A stretch of DNA of 63,071 nucleotides, the filler included, from Stramenopiles sp. TOSAG23-3 (Eukaryota), in the NCBI GenBank assembly GCA_900128585.1. It is 26 parts of 26 records of this genome, joined end to end, with 100 filler letters (N's around TTAATTAATTAA, not from the genome) between each part and the next. Parts side by side here need not be neighbours in the genome. Positions count along the whole stretch, not along the records: positions 31,754 to 34,080 come from LT644881.1; positions 34,181 to 36,503 come from LT644882.1; positions 36,604 to 38,925 come from LT644883.1; positions 39,026 to 41,346 come from LT644884.1; positions 41,447 to 43,765 come from LT644885.1; positions 43,866 to 46,184 come from LT644886.1; 20 more parts are not named here. One strand, given 5' to 3'. Below, one piece after another: positions 32,973-45,189 of this stretch. The notes under the pieces were generated by a model. The model ran no database searches. It had not been told where the DNA came from and saw nothing but the letters and a program-made list of their open reading frames with translations. Position numbers and translations under genes: made by a program. Position 1 is the first letter of the stretch; each line of letters opens with the position of its first letter.

Positions 32973-33591
32973 TGCGCTATCAACTACGGCAAGGATATCT
33001 TTGAGTCAGTGCGGTACAACCGCGTCTGAATCCATATCGATCAAATTGGCAGCGCTGTTGTGGCCGTTCACGTATTGTGACTACAATGTTTAGCGTTACT
33101 TCGTCGGGTGCGTGCACGTTTGTTCTCAAGGGCTTCAATTTCTTTTTTTAATTCTTGTCCAATTCTCTTGTGTGTCTATTTTAACTTCAATCGCCTCAGA
33201 CAACAAACGCACCCACCACCAACCACCCCCAAGAAGAAGAAGAACCACCTCCTCCTTTTTTTTTTCTTTCAGGTAGTAGGTAGTAGGTACCGGTACCGGT
33301 ACCGTACCTGACCCCACATATAATACGATAGTACCAATAGTAGAAGAGGAGATAATCGAAGAAGAAGAAGACGACTCTGTGGTGGGTTATTTCATAGACT
33401 ATTAATAAGTACGGTAGTAGTTTTAGATTTTAGTTATAATTATATTATCTATCTTCTCTTCTCTTCTTCTCTTCTTCTTCTATGAAAATGTTTTGTGAAA
33501 ATATTATTATTAGAGACTATAATATATACGCGGTAGTAAACAAAAAATGTAAATTAAAAATCTATAAATACTTCTTCGCATAATTCGTTTG

Positions 33592-34080
33592 TTATTTTAG
33601 TTTTTTGCGTTTTGCTTCCGCCTGAGGAGGACTCGAGGGATGCTTGTCAGCCGCACCAAGATCGAACCAATAGTACAGTGCAAGCTGGACGATTGGAAAC
33701 CCAGTACAAAACAAGAAAAACCGGCGTGGGTGGCCGGCGCGATGCGCTGCAAAGTAAAGTCTATTAAGAACGACCCCGTTCGTCAGCATGGCCACTTGGA
33801 CCAAGTTGGTCATGCAGCTGGACAGCTCAGAATTGTTCAAACCTGCCTTTTTTGCTTCGATGCGGAGCAGGGCATTCAGGGCGGTATTACCCGGCTGCCG
33901 CAAGCCAAGCATCAGCATGGCTAAGTACTCTTGCCAAGGTTTCGACAGCAGGCTCATCGTGTAGAACCGAACCGTTTCGACCAGGTAGCTCCCGTAAAAC
34001 GAAAGGTCGGCCCCGCATTGCTCGAAAATTTTCCCCCCAAAAAGAAACGAAGGAACCATCACGCAAGCGCTGTACGTTTC
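33592..34080 (-). CDS. Membrane transporter C-terminal fragment (MFS-like)
   Basis: Several hydrophobic helices; frame open to the contig end. Confidence 0.6.
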   Translation of the reverse strand, partial: ETYSACVMVPSFLFGGKIFEQCGADLSFYGSYLVETVRFYTMSLLSKPWQEYLAMLMLGLRQPGNTALNALLRIEAKKAGLNNSELSSCMTNLVQVAMLTNGVVLNRLYFAAHRAGHPRRFFLFCTGFPIVQLALYYWFDLGAADKHPSSPPQAEAKRKKLK

Positions 34081-34180
34081 NNNNNNNNNNNNNNNNNNNN
34101 NNNNNNNNNNNNNNNNNNNNNNNNTTAATTAATTAANNNNNNNNNNNNNNNNNNNNNNNNNNNNNNNNNNNNNNNNNNNN

Positions 34181-34429
34181 ATAGAAATGTTTGACGTCCA
34201 TATTCAAGGGTTTGACACCACAACCGGTCGAAATTGCGGACTGCACCAGGTGTTCCAATGGGAAAAAGGTAGCATAATATATGCCCCCGAGGGGGAATTG
34301 ACCGACGCGTTCATTAAGATGACACCGGAACAAAAAAACATGAGTAAAGCTAATGCAACCAAAACCTGGGGAATAGATTGGAAGGGGTTTAATGGGATCA
34401 CGGAAACGCCAGGCAGCGAATCTATTTGA
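34181..34429 (+). CDS. C-terminal fragment of a hypothetical protein
   Basis: Frame open from the contig start; protein-like composition. Confidence 0.45.
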   Translation: MEMFDVHIQGFDTTTGRNCGLHQVFQWEKGSIIYAPEGELTDAFIKMTPEQKNMSKANATKTWGIDWKGFNGITETPGSESI

Positions 34430-34819
34430 ATTATTACACAACATTTGTATTTTCAAGAGAGTGCGTGATGTTTGTTTCTTAAAATAGAGGAAAAAAATGT
34501 TCAAATTCAAAGCAACAAAAGTAAATGTTTCCATTTTGAACTATATATAGATTGACAACCAACATTGAAACAAAACTACGGAACCAAGTTAGGATTAGGG
34601 TAGTATGAGGACGCTAAATTTAATTACTTATATAAATAACAGCCAATTTTCTTGTTTGTTTATATAACAAGGAGGAGTTTGGGTTCTTGAACGGTTTTAC
34701 CTTCTTTTTTCTTTTCTTTTTTGACTTATTGAAACATACTATATAATATAATTTGTTTGATAATATGTGTTTTTTTAAAAAGAATTCTTACGTATTTAAG
34801 TTTTTTTTAATACATATTA

Positions 34820-36244
34820 CTAAGTAAATTTTTCTTGTTGTAGTGGTTGCCCCCTTCTTTCCACAGGGTGAGCGCTTGGATTTGGGGAGGACATAAGTTC
34901 TGGAAACACCGGTTGGAAAAGGGGAACGTTGGTGTTTGCCATCCCGTCAACGATGCCAATACGGCGTCGCCTGTCAACACTGAAACGCCGAAGCTCTTCC
35001 ATTATTTTTTCGTCCTGATCCTCTGCACCGTCTTCCTCCTCCTCGTCGTCTTCCTCCGATGCCACCTCCTCGTCCGTTCTGATTCCGAGGCTGTCGTCAT
35101 CGCTTTTCTGCTCTTCCACAAAATCATTCCCTTCTAGTGCTACATGAACCCCGTACTTACCGCCGAGAATTCGCCGAACGTGCGCACATTTTTTGGTCGA
35201 CAGTTTGTTGAACGTCAGCATCAAAAGCTTCAAGTTGCTCTGCGTGCGAGATCCGTATGCAGGCACCATGTACTCTGGCGTGTACACGCAAGTAATTTCC
35301 GTTACGCCGACGTCACTTACCAAGTTGTGGTCAAGTTTCAGCGTCTCCAGCGTTTCATTCTTAAGAATCATGTCGCCGAACACCACCATACCAGCATCGG
35401 TGATGTTATTGCTGGAAAGGCCCAGCTCCGTGAGCGTGCTGTTCTCAAACAGCGCTTCAGCAATTGCAATCGTGCCGTTGTCGCCAATGAAATTTTGGCT
35501 CAAGTCTAACGTTTTCAGGGCCTTGTTTGCGTTCAGCATGCCTGCCAGCAAAATGCCCTCATCTGGCGGGATCTCGTTCCCCACCAGTGACAAATAAGTC
35601 AAAGAGTTTATGTTTTCAGTAAGCGCGTGGGCGATATACGACACTTCCGTTATCCCGTTCGACTCCAAATCGATCCAGGTTAAAGTCTTGTTGTCCTGCA
35701 GGGCATTTCCCAGTGCGGCGGCACCCACGTTTCCAATGTCGTTGTGATGGAGGTACAGGTACAGCAACCCGACGTTTGTTCTGAGCGCGTTTGCCAATTC
35801 GACCCCCCCGTCGCCGTCGATGCAGTTTCTGTACAATGCTATGGCCTCGAGCTCGGTGTCTTCCTTGGCCAGCCAGCCCGCAAGGGCACGCACCCCTTCC
35901 GACGTGATGTAATTTTTTCCGAGGTACAGGGAGCAAGCGACAAGGCCCGCCCGTGCAATCAATGCCGCCCCTTTATCGCATATTCTATTGTCCGTCAAGT
36001 CCAGCTCCGTGACGGCTAGGCCTTTGCTCTTTCTTTCCAACACATTGAAAACAGTTTCCAAAGATTCGTCGTCGACATCGTTCGACGAAAGGTCTATTTC
36101 ATAGAACACCCGGTCTATTGCGTCTTTTTCACCCCCGTTCTCATCATCGCGCCCGGTTTTCTCGTCCAGAGGACCCACCATCCTAGCATCATGATGCTCT
36201 TTCGGTATGAAATGCCGGGAAAAACGCCTTGTTGTAGGTTTCAT
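34820..36244 (-). CDS. RNI-like (NLRC3-type) leucine-rich repeat protein with acidic tail
   Basis: 28-aa repeats such as NKTLTWIDLESNGI, LKTLDLSQNFIGDNG, NSTLTELGLSSNNI. Confidence 0.9.
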   Translation of the reverse strand: MKPTTRRFSRHFIPKEHHDARMVGPLDEKTGRDDENGGEKDAIDRVFYEIDLSSNDVDDESLETVFNVLERKSKGLAVTELDLTDNRICDKGAALIARAGLVACSLYLGKNYITSEGVRALAGWLAKEDTELEAIALYRNCIDGDGGVELANALRTNVGLLYLYLHHNDIGNVGAAALGNALQDNKTLTWIDLESNGITEVSYIAHALTENINSLTYLSLVGNEIPPDEGILLAGMLNANKALKTLDLSQNFIGDNGTIAIAEALFENSTLTELGLSSNNITDAGMVVFGDMILKNETLETLKLDHNLVSDVGVTEITCVYTPEYMVPAYGSRTQSNLKLLMLTFNKLSTKKCAHVRRILGGKYGVHVALEGNDFVEEQKSDDDSLGIRTDEEVASEEDDEEEEDGAEDQDEKIMEELRRFSVDRRRRIGIVDGMANTNVPLFQPVFPELMSSPNPSAHPVERRGQPLQQEKFT

Positions 36245-37010
36245 GATGAAATGCGAACTCAGCACTCAGAGTGTATGGTATGGAACACAGGTAAAGAAAC
36301 ATTCAAAACTTCTTTTCAATTTTAGTTTTAGTGTTGCATCGTACAGTGGTGATGATGATTTAGAGTTTTAAAATTGTTGCATACATTATAAGTGAATTTT
36401 AAATTGATTGATGATGAGATACCAAGCGGATCGATAGAAGAAGATGTGTATTTTATTATTGTATATATTATTATTGAAATAATGTGAAATATAAATATAT
36501 TGANNNNNNNNNNNNNNNNNNNNNNNNNNNNNNNNNNNNNNNNNNNNTTAATTAATTAANNNNNNNNNNNNNNNNNNNNNNNNNNNNNNNNNNNNNNNNN
36601 NNNCACCACCAAGTATTTATTATACCAAGGTATTTATTATATATATTATTTTTTAAATAACAAATAATAAATAATAAATAATTAATAACAAAATAAAAAT
36701 TATAATTATTATACGGAAGTAATTGCGTAACATTTTATGTTACGTGATTTTATCTATGGTGTGTGCATATAATACAAATAAATATTTTTTTCTCTCTGTC
36801 TGCAAATGAGTATAATGGTACTTCTATCCCATTATTTGTAGAGTGAAACTCCCTATATAATGAAATAGAAGAACATAATCACAGAATTGTTGCGTCAACG
36901 TACATACAGTAAACTGGAAATATTTTTTTTTTTTTTAATTAATCGGAGGAGAACCGACCGTTTTTTTATTGTTTCAGTTATTATGATAAACATTTCAGGA
37001 AACGTACATC

Positions 37011-37110
37011 AAATAAAGAAAAAAATACATTAACAAATTAAAACTACGAAACAAATTCATTAAATAAAGAAAAAAATATATTGACAAAATTAAAACTACG
37101 AAACAAATTT
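37011..37110 (+). repeat. About 48-bp tandem direct repeat immediately upstream of the Crypton ORF
   Basis: AAATAAAGAAAAAAATA.ATT.ACAAA(A)TTAAAACTACGAAACAAATT twice. Confidence 0.85.
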
Positions 37111-37121
37111 AAAAAAGCAAA

Positions 37122-38925
37122 ATGCCCCAAAGAACAGTAAGGAAAAGTCAGAAGCTGACTGCTGAACAAATTGAGAATGGCAAGCGCATAACTGCCCGCC
37201 TAAATGGTATGGATGTAGGAGAACGCACGCGGTTATCCTACTCCAGAAAAATTGGCCATTTTAAATCATGGTGCGAAGCAAATTGTGAAGCTGCACTCCT
37301 TGAAGAGGAAGAAGTAAAAAAGCTTCAAGAGAATGCAAAAAATAACGGTGAACATGACGACTATTTGATTGTTTACAATTTTAATACAGTCTTTCTGGAA
37401 GAATCGTATTATGGGTGCATACATGATTATCTAACAACGTACATAAACCCCAACACTGGCATGTTGTTTGGATGGGGAACCTATAATGGTATTAAATGTG
37501 CATTGAAAAAGATATGGGAATGGCGCCCAAAGTCAGATGTTGTCACCAGGGGGATATGCCCAAGATCCTTTAACAGTGCACTTGACAAAACGATAAGGAA
37601 GATACAAAGTCTAAACGAGTCAGACCAGAAAGTTGGAATCAGAAACGACGTTGATATGGCCCAAGAAGGTATAACTTTCAATCAGTACCAGGAGCTATGT
37701 GACTATTTCATTAAAAAAAATCAAATAGATTGTTGGTTTTTTCTAGTTATGGAGTTTAATTTAATGTGTAGGATAAACCAAGTACGTGATCTAACCACGA
37801 CAAGAATTATTTGGCACGGCGATGCACTCGCAATACAATTCTCAAAAATGAAAGTTACAAAAAAAGGCGCATTTAAATTCAACAAGCATATTTACGCAAA
37901 TTCGTTTGACCCAACAGTATGCCCAATTACAGCTATGGGCTGCTACTTACTGATACATGGCCCTACAATGGACGCTTCACGTATGTTCAGTAAATACGAT
38001 GATTCACGGTTTCTTAAACAGCTGAAGCATGCCGCGAAGGAATGTAATATTCCAGTAAATTTAACCGGATCCCACGCACTTCGGAAGTCGTCGTGGTCCC
38101 ACAGTCAAAACGGAACCACGTGTTCACCGTCATATGCTGCTACATGCCTTCGTGCTGATCATTCCCTCGGGAATGTAAAGGATCGGTATAACTGCGGTGG
38201 TGCCGCACAAGACCAATATCTTGGACGGATCCTTGCCGGCTTGGACCCTAACTTGGTTGGTTTTGCAGTTTTACCACCCCATTTTCACAGCTCATTTAAA
38301 TCTCGAGAGCTCGTACGGGAGCTTTATCCAGCATGGAAAAACTGGGGTGAATCGTTTGAACCAGTCATTGCAAAGTGTCTTGCTAGCGTTGTCTTTCATT
38401 ATGACTATTTCAAGAAAAGTAACTGCACACGGCTCCATAGTACTGGTCTTTTTACAAACGAAGATTTTCAAAAGAGGCTTTCTGCGCAACTCGTGAGTGA
38501 AAAGCCAGTGTACGAGAGCAAATACATCAAAGCGACAGGTATACCGCCGCATACATCCCTTTTGATTCAACTGGAAAAGATAACCCCTGACCTCAAACAA
38601 ATGCTCACGGAGGTATTGGATGAGCGCGACATGGGAACAAGCCAAGTCAATCGTCTTTATTTCGATAAGACAATCGATGCATTGAACAAACAGAACATAC
38701 GATTAGAGAAAAAAATCGATGCACTGAGGAACGTAGGAAATACAAACACAGCCAATCATACAACTATGCTAACAAATGATTTCCTGCGCAAGACGAAGCA
38801 AAGAAGAACGCCAGCTTCCTTTGAATTGAAGCAGGGAAAAACTGTCTACGAGGCATGGATTTCGTGGATTGTTGGGGTCAAAACCCAAAACGTTCCACCA
38901 TTGTACAAGTTAGAAGGTTCTGACT
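37122..38925 (+). mobile_element. Crypton (CryptonS-like) tyrosine-recombinase transposon ORF (3' partial)
   Basis: FNLMCR (catalytic R), W.GDAL.I.F.K.K, KHIYAN..DP.VCPITA, GSHALRK (HxxR), CLRADHSLGNVKDRY (H/W and Y), DQYLGRILAGL, FAVLPPHF, ATGIPPH. Confidence 0.88.
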
Positions 38926-39242
38926 NNNNNNNNNNNNNNNNNNNNNNNNNNNNNNNNNNNNNNNNNNNNTTAATTAATTAANNNNNNNNNNNNNNNNNNN
39001 NNNNNNNNNNNNNNNNNNNNNNNNNCCCCGTCCCGCGAAACAACAATTCAATTTGTAGAAATAAATTAAATTGTTCTGTTTGAGGTGGGGGAAAGAGAGA
39101 GAGATATAGAGACAGAAAGTAGACGGAATGGCTTAGTGGAATTTCATTTACGTTTTCTTTCGGCACAATTTTTGTTCTTCTGCATCATCTTATCCCCGCC
39201 TTTCTCTCTGTGTGTGTGTGACCGTTTTGGTTCAAGCTCACT

Positions 39243-39602
39243 ATGGCACAACCCCCGTCAGGGCAACCGTCGAAGTCTCCCCCGCCGAAAAACGAATGGA
39301 AAATATTGGCGACTTTAAATAAACAGGCATTCGAGTGCAGCGACTTGTACGTAAAGTCGATGAAAGATTTTTGTGGCCCAAATGCAGTGGAAAGAATAGT
39401 CAGGACTTCTAGTAATTTTGCAGAAAAGTCTATGGACGTGATTGAAAGCAAAGACAGCGTGGCGGAGTTGGAGCGCGCGCTCGCCGTAGAGACGAACGAG
39501 ATTGACGCCGCCTGCGGCGCACTCGAGATTCTTTCTGGAACCAGGAAGGAGCTGGACAAAAAACTTTTGATTATTAGAGGCGCAGGCGTTGGGAAAAAAT
39601 AG
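39243..39602 (+). CDS. Small hypothetical coiled-coil protein
   Basis: 119-aa ATG ORF flanked by AT-rich DNA. Confidence 0.6.
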   Translation: MAQPPSGQPSKSPPPKNEWKILATLNKQAFECSDLYVKSMKDFCGPNAVERIVRTSSNFAEKSMDVIESKDSVAELERALAVETNEIDAACGALEILSGTRKELDKKLLIIRGAGVGKK

Positions 39603-39794
39603 GCAGAAGACGAACCCATAGAACGAAAAATGCACAGTACTTTGTAGTAAAATAAAAACAAAAAATTGGCTGTTATTTAAAGTGATTAAAATTTATCTTC
39701 TTCATATACTGCGAAGTTATCTCTGCTCCTTATCTCATTAATTTTGAAATTTTTATAATTTTACCCCGCGGGTCATAATGTTTGCTGTGCTCAT

Positions 39795-41168
39795 TCATCG
39801 GCTGGTGCGACTCGCCGCCGTGCCTCTCGCCCCTTCTTTCATCAGCACCAAACCGCTTGCCTCTGGCAAGGTTGCCACGTGGTCCACCACTTTTGAGCCA
39901 TAAAGGTCTACCCAATCGTCGTCGACAGGGAGTTCTACCCTAACCTTTGCCGTCTGAGAGGGGTTGACGATGGAAATCGCGTTGCTGTACAGTCTGGTCC
40001 ACACACCAGAGGTCGCATTCTTCATCGGCTCCCCGACCGGAACGCCTACGTTGGCCTGAAATTCAGGGGGCCACACGGAAAAATTGCCAACCCCACCACA
40101 ACCACCACCATAGCACTGAATGCACGTGAGCATCACGCCAGACGAGCGCCCATTTGTCATCATGAAAGATGCAACGACGAATTGCCGGACCGCACGGGTA
40201 ATGTTCGTTGCCCAGCAGGTTGGGTTCAAATCGTAGTCTGGTCCCGGCCCCCATTCATTAATTGCGAAGAACCCTTTTCCGTACCGTTGCAGGTTGCGCA
40301 CGTAGCGAACTTGAAGTTCAAACTTCTTTGGGTTGGTCATCGGGGGAGGGCGGTGCATTGACGTGGTATTTGGGATTGGGTTCCAGCTGGTAAAGCCGCT
40401 TTCGGCCAGTATCCCGTCCGTGAGGTTGCCGACCCTCAAAACTTTGGAATCGCCCAGGTCCATCCCGGAGTAGTTTGGTATCACCAAGAGACCCGTTTCG
40501 TCATGTATGCGCTCAACGGCACGCTTGGTCCAGTCAAGTACATCTTCCCCATACTGCGGGTCTGTGCTGGGACTAACTTCATCGTAGAGCTGGACCCACG
40601 CGCCACCCTTTCCCTTGAAACTCCCGCAGGCCTTCCACTGATTTTTCAGACCATAGTTGTCCAGGGCCACGGCGTTGTAGCCTAACTTCATGGCGGGCCG
40701 TACCCCCGCTTCCATCTGGTAATCTAGCGTTTTTGTGTTTGTCAAGTCCAGGGGAACATTCTTGTGGCTGCATCCTTCCCCAGCGAAACATTCCCACGCC
40801 GGGGTTTTCCTGTCGCACTGGTAAAGGATTAGGTCCGGGTGGTTTTCTTGCCACCACGGCAAGCCCGTCGGGGGCTTTCCCGTCACGTGAGGCTTTGGAT
40901 CCCGGGAGAATGGCATGTAGTAGCTTAGTACTATGTTGGGGTTCGTAGATTTTCGCCAGTTTTGCACGTGGGACACGGAGCTTCCCCAGACATAGTCCAC
41001 AAGATTTCCGTGCTTTCCAATGTTCCCGGCCGTCGTTTTACTGTCAAACGTGAGAAACGCATGAATCCCTTTGCTGCTGTCAACCCATTGTGTACGGTCG
41101 TCGCCACTGCACAGTCCAGATTCAACCCCCAAAAGCACCAAGGCGCAATAGAAGAAAAACGCCACCAT
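39795..41168 (-). CDS. Secreted putative glycoside hydrolase (GHL15-like TIM barrel)
   Basis: Signal peptide; WWQENHPDLILY.CDR, GYNAVALDN, DGILAESGF, GVWTRLYSNAISIVNPS. Confidence 0.65.
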   Translation of the reverse strand: MVAFFFYCALVLLGVESGLCSGDDRTQWVDSSKGIHAFLTFDSKTTAGNIGKHGNLVDYVWGSSVSHVQNWRKSTNPNIVLSYYMPFSRDPKPHVTGKPPTGLPWWQENHPDLILYQCDRKTPAWECFAGEGCSHKNVPLDLTNTKTLDYQMEAGVRPAMKLGYNAVALDNYGLKNQWKACGSFKGKGGAWVQLYDEVSPSTDPQYGEDVLDWTKRAVERIHDETGLLVIPNYSGMDLGDSKVLRVGNLTDGILAESGFTSWNPIPNTTSMHRPPPMTNPKKFELQVRYVRNLQRYGKGFFAINEWGPGPDYDLNPTCWATNITRAVRQFVVASFMMTNGRSSGVMLTCIQCYGGGCGGVGNFSVWPPEFQANVGVPVGEPMKNATSGVWTRLYSNAISIVNPSQTAKVRVELPVDDDWVDLYGSKVVDHVATLPEASGLVLMKEGARGTAASRTSR

Positions 41169-41446
41169 GTTCAAAATGCTTAATATCAAAAAAATAATCA
41201 AATTTTACAGAATTAATTACTATGAATTCGTCTACTATACATTAACCTAAAAGTTCCGTCAAGTAATTATTTGCATCTTATCAAAAAAATTTGAAATTCC
41301 TAATTTTTTCTTCTTCTTTTTCTGATGATGGATTCTTCTTCTTCTTNNNNNNNNNNNNNNNNNNNNNNNNNNNNNNNNNNNNNNNNNNNNTTAATTAATT
41401 AANNNNNNNNNNNNNNNNNNNNNNNNNNNNNNNNNNNNNNNNNNNN

Positions 41447-42353
41447 AGTTCGATGCCGTGGTTGATTCAGTCTTGCCGTCCCTCGCTTCTTGCTCTATCT
41501 TTTCAAATTGTGCTACTGAATCGCCTATCCCTACCCACGCGCACAGAAAAGGGAGCTCGGTCAAAAACGAAAAAATCATGTAATGCATCATGGTATTGTT
41601 CAAATGAAGCATAACAATACAAAGCAACGAGTTGATCCACCCAAGCGTAAAGAACGAAATGTGGCGAATGGCGAGGAACCCCAGGTATTTCTTGAACCGG
41701 TGCCCGTTTGCCATGCTGACCACTTCGTCGAGGCTAAAATTGTTCTCACGGAGCACGCCTTCGATCCGCTCCTTTATGCTCTTGTGTGCCACGTACCGGG
41801 TTATTACGTACGTCAAAAAAGTCCCAAAACAATAACCAGCATATGCAGTAGGCACCGCCGCAAAGCCGAGGGCATAACCGAACGCCACCAGCCCAATGGT
41901 GTACCCGTACCCAATCGGGGTGGAGACGAAAGTGAAATATACAAAAATTATTACGTGCGCCCAGACCCCCATCGACGACACAACCCCCACCCCTTGCTTG
42001 ACATACCCCATAAGGGTGCAAATGATGATGGCGGTCCACATGACAGCAAAGAGCACGCCACCAACGATTTGCTTCTTCGTCATCTTCCTCAATTTTGACT
42101 TAAGTTTGTCCACGCACGAAGTGTGCTTTACGATAATCTCCCTGGAAACGGGATTCTCGGCAACAACCTCTGTTCCGCTGGGAGAATCCTTCGCTGGCGC
42201 TCCTTCCCCAGGAACAAACTGACCGTCGTTGCTTATTGCACACGATTTCCTCTCTGCTGCAAAAGAAGTGGAAGCCTTACCGTCAGTGTCATATATGTAC
42301 TGACTTTCCGCATCTCCCAACGGCGCAGTGCTCTTTGTCTCGGGCTGCTCCAT
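41447..42353 (-). CDS. VTT/DedA (SNARE-associated, TMEM64/Tvp38-like) membrane protein (3' partial)
   Basis: TM helices, GYALGF...GYCFGTFLTYVITRY, LAIRHISF..GWIN. Confidence 0.75.
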
Positions 42354-44484
42354 GACACCTCGTGTGTGCGTGCGTATTCGCTCAAACGTATATATATGTA
42401 TACGTTTTCACACAACAAAATACACAGAGATATATTTGTTCCCCCTCTCAAATTCAATTTCTCTCACATCTTTCTTACTTTCTATTTTATACAATTTGAT
42501 ATATATTAATTATATTTGAAGGTAGGAGGAGACTCCTCTCTACTAACTCTAAATAAAATAATAATAATGTCCTCCTCTCATACTCTTCTTAATACCACCG
42601 AAAAAAATAATTAAAAGAGAAGAAGAAAGAAGAGAAGAAAGAAGAAATAATAATAATAAAAAGGTAATAGCATCATCACTTGCGAAAAAATCATTTCAGT
42701 AGTTGTTTTTAGAAGTTTAGAAAGTAGAAGAATTCTGGCAACTATTTATAACTAACACTATAAATAACTAGAACTGATTAACTACTACACTCTCCATTTT
42801 ATTATAGAATAGTTATATTTTATGTATACCACATTACACATTGCCCAATAGTAAAACAGCTTGTCTTGTCTTCTTGTCTTTACTTTGCTTTCTTCTTTCT
42901 TCTTTCTTCTTTCTACGAACTTCTTTTTTTTAAAAAAGATTTATCTATATATAATAATAGCATAGGGGAGAGAGAGGTATAATATTTTTTTATTATAAAT
43001 ATTTATAGACTAATAAAAATAAGAAAGAAAGAGGAAGGACGCATAATAATGCATAATAAATAAATAAATACATGGACGACGACTTCGTATTAATTAGCCT
43101 TATATATATGATAATAGTACAGACACACTGAAGGAGAAGGAAGAAGAAAAAAATGTGGTAATTTATTATTAATTATATTTAGCCCTTCTTATGATGGTAT
43201 TATAATACTACAGTATATATATAATGTACAGGTATATAGTATAGACACAAGGAAGGAAGGAATATGTTTTATTATTATTATATATTCAGTGGTTCCCCTT
43301 CTAAGCTTATATAAAATTTACAGATACCCAGGTAGATATTACGTTACTTTCGTTCTTTATTAGCTATTTTTGGTGCGTTAAAAAATAAATTGATTTGTAA
43401 TCTATATAGATGATATATAATGTGTGTTAAAAGCAAATTATATATTTGAATAAATTATGAACCAAAGTAGTACGATTTTGTCATGTTGGATTCATGTTTA
43501 TGCTCGTCGGCACGTTTCGTTGCGGGGTGAGTAATTTTCTGCTCGAGCACCGGTACAAACGAAACCTAAGGAAAACATTGCCACCGCTCGTCACCAGACG
43601 CACAAAGGTATCGTTCGTAGACAAGTTCAAGAACAGGTTTTCTAGGACAAAACGCGCCACGCAAGAGCTCGAGAAAAAACGTGGTTTAGTATATTCCATT
43701 TTTGCACATCAAAAGACCGTTATTGGGATACGTGGACTCACCGACTTTCATATTACCATTGGCGANNNNNNNNNNNNNNNNNNNNNNNNNNNNNNNNNNN
43801 NNNNNNNNNTTAATTAATTAANNNNNNNNNNNNNNNNNNNNNNNNNNNNNNNNNNNNNNNNNNNNCCTACTCATCACTCCCGAATTACGCATTTGCTGCT
43901 AGCATTACAAAGTATAATACGTCAAGTATTTAAATATCATATTAAAAACAACAGGTTCCTGTATTCCATTATTTACGTCTAATAGCATCTATAACCCTGT
44001 ATCTAACCCAATGGTTTTGCATATTAAATTATTAGGGGGTTCGAAATAATCTGACAAACAAATATATATTCTAATATGTAATACAGGTATAATAATAATA
44101 AAAAAATATAATAATACGACGTAGACTAGATACCGTAATGATGTAATAAAATAATAATAATTTAAAAAAAAAATAGAACACGTTTTTTTCGGGGGGGCGG
44201 TTGATGAGAAGGTTCGGAGAGTTTGATGAGAAGATTCGGAGATTTTTTACATTTTGTATTGTTATGCTTATTGTTAACTATTCAAAGCGTTAAAATAAAC
44301 AAACGTCAAAGTAGCAATCACAAGTGTTTCGACAATTGTGTTGCTCTCTGACAGGTACGCGTTGAAACAAATACTCGCCGGTGCGTTGCATTTTTTCTGC
44401 CGGTTGTCAGTCGGTCGTCCAAGGATACGGACGGTTCGGGTGTGTTCTTTTCTTGCAGCTGCTTGTACGTGCTTGCCACCTTTC

Positions 44485-45153
44485 ATGGCTTCAATTGCCG
44501 ATCCAGCTAATGGGCAGGACGAGTCCTGCCCCCACTACTATGTGCTGATCAATAACGTTGCAAAGAAAACAAATGTAGGAAATATGATGAGGTCTGCATG
44601 TGCTTTTAATGCAAAGGGAATGCTGGTGGTTGGACGGAAAAAATCCGTAAGTTTTTTTGGTTCAAAGGGAACGAAGTCATTTGTCCCCCTTTTATATTTC
44701 GATTCAATGGACGAGGCTTGCGGCTACGCTCGAAACGATGGGTGCAGCATCTGTGGAGTGGAAATTTTGGACCAGTCGAAGAACGTTGTATCCCACCCCT
44801 TCAGTGGCCCAACGTGTTTTATTATGGGAAACGAAGGGGTAGGATTGATGGAGTCCGAAAAGGCTTTCTGTGATTTTTTCGTGTATATACCCCACTTTGG
44901 GAACGGGACCGCATCGTTAAATGTTACTGTCGCCGCAAGCATCGTATTCCACCATTTTGCAACGTATGCAAAGTACTCCGAAAGAAAACGCAGTGGTCAA
45001 AAGTTCGTTGTTGCTGACAAGCCAGTGTTAGATCAAAATAATACGGCGTATGCCCAAAAGGTGAAAATGGAGCGTTTAAGAGCCAAGGAAGCGGCGGCGG
45101 GGGATGCGGTCGACATGTCTACGGGAGGAATGAATATGTTTGCCGAGGACTAA
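44485..45153 (+). CDS. SpoU/TrmH family tRNA/rRNA methyltransferase
   Basis: NNVAKKTNVGNMMRSACAF, FIMGNEGVGL, IPHFGNGTASLNVTVAASI. Confidence 0.93.
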   Translation: MASIADPANGQDESCPHYYVLINNVAKKTNVGNMMRSACAFNAKGMLVVGRKKSVSFFGSKGTKSFVPLLYFDSMDEACGYARNDGCSICGVEILDQSKNVVSHPFSGPTCFIMGNEGVGLMESEKAFCDFFVYIPHFGNGTASLNVTVAASIVFHHFATYAKYSERKRSGQKFVVADKPVLDQNNTAYAQKVKMERLRAKEAAAGDAVDMSTGGMNMFAED

Positions 45154-45189
45154 CTAAGGAAGACTTTTTAAACATTCTTAGAAAATATA

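Noticed and set aside
43494-43765. Possible 5' end of a gene at the contig edge
   Set aside because: Short, truncated and without a recognisable motif; cannot be supported or named.
44201-44242. GGTTCG-containing segment as a tRNA T-arm
   Set aside because: It is a 20-bp direct repeat (TTGATGAGAAG.TTCGGAGA) without a cloverleaf; I recognised no tRNA or rRNA in the window.
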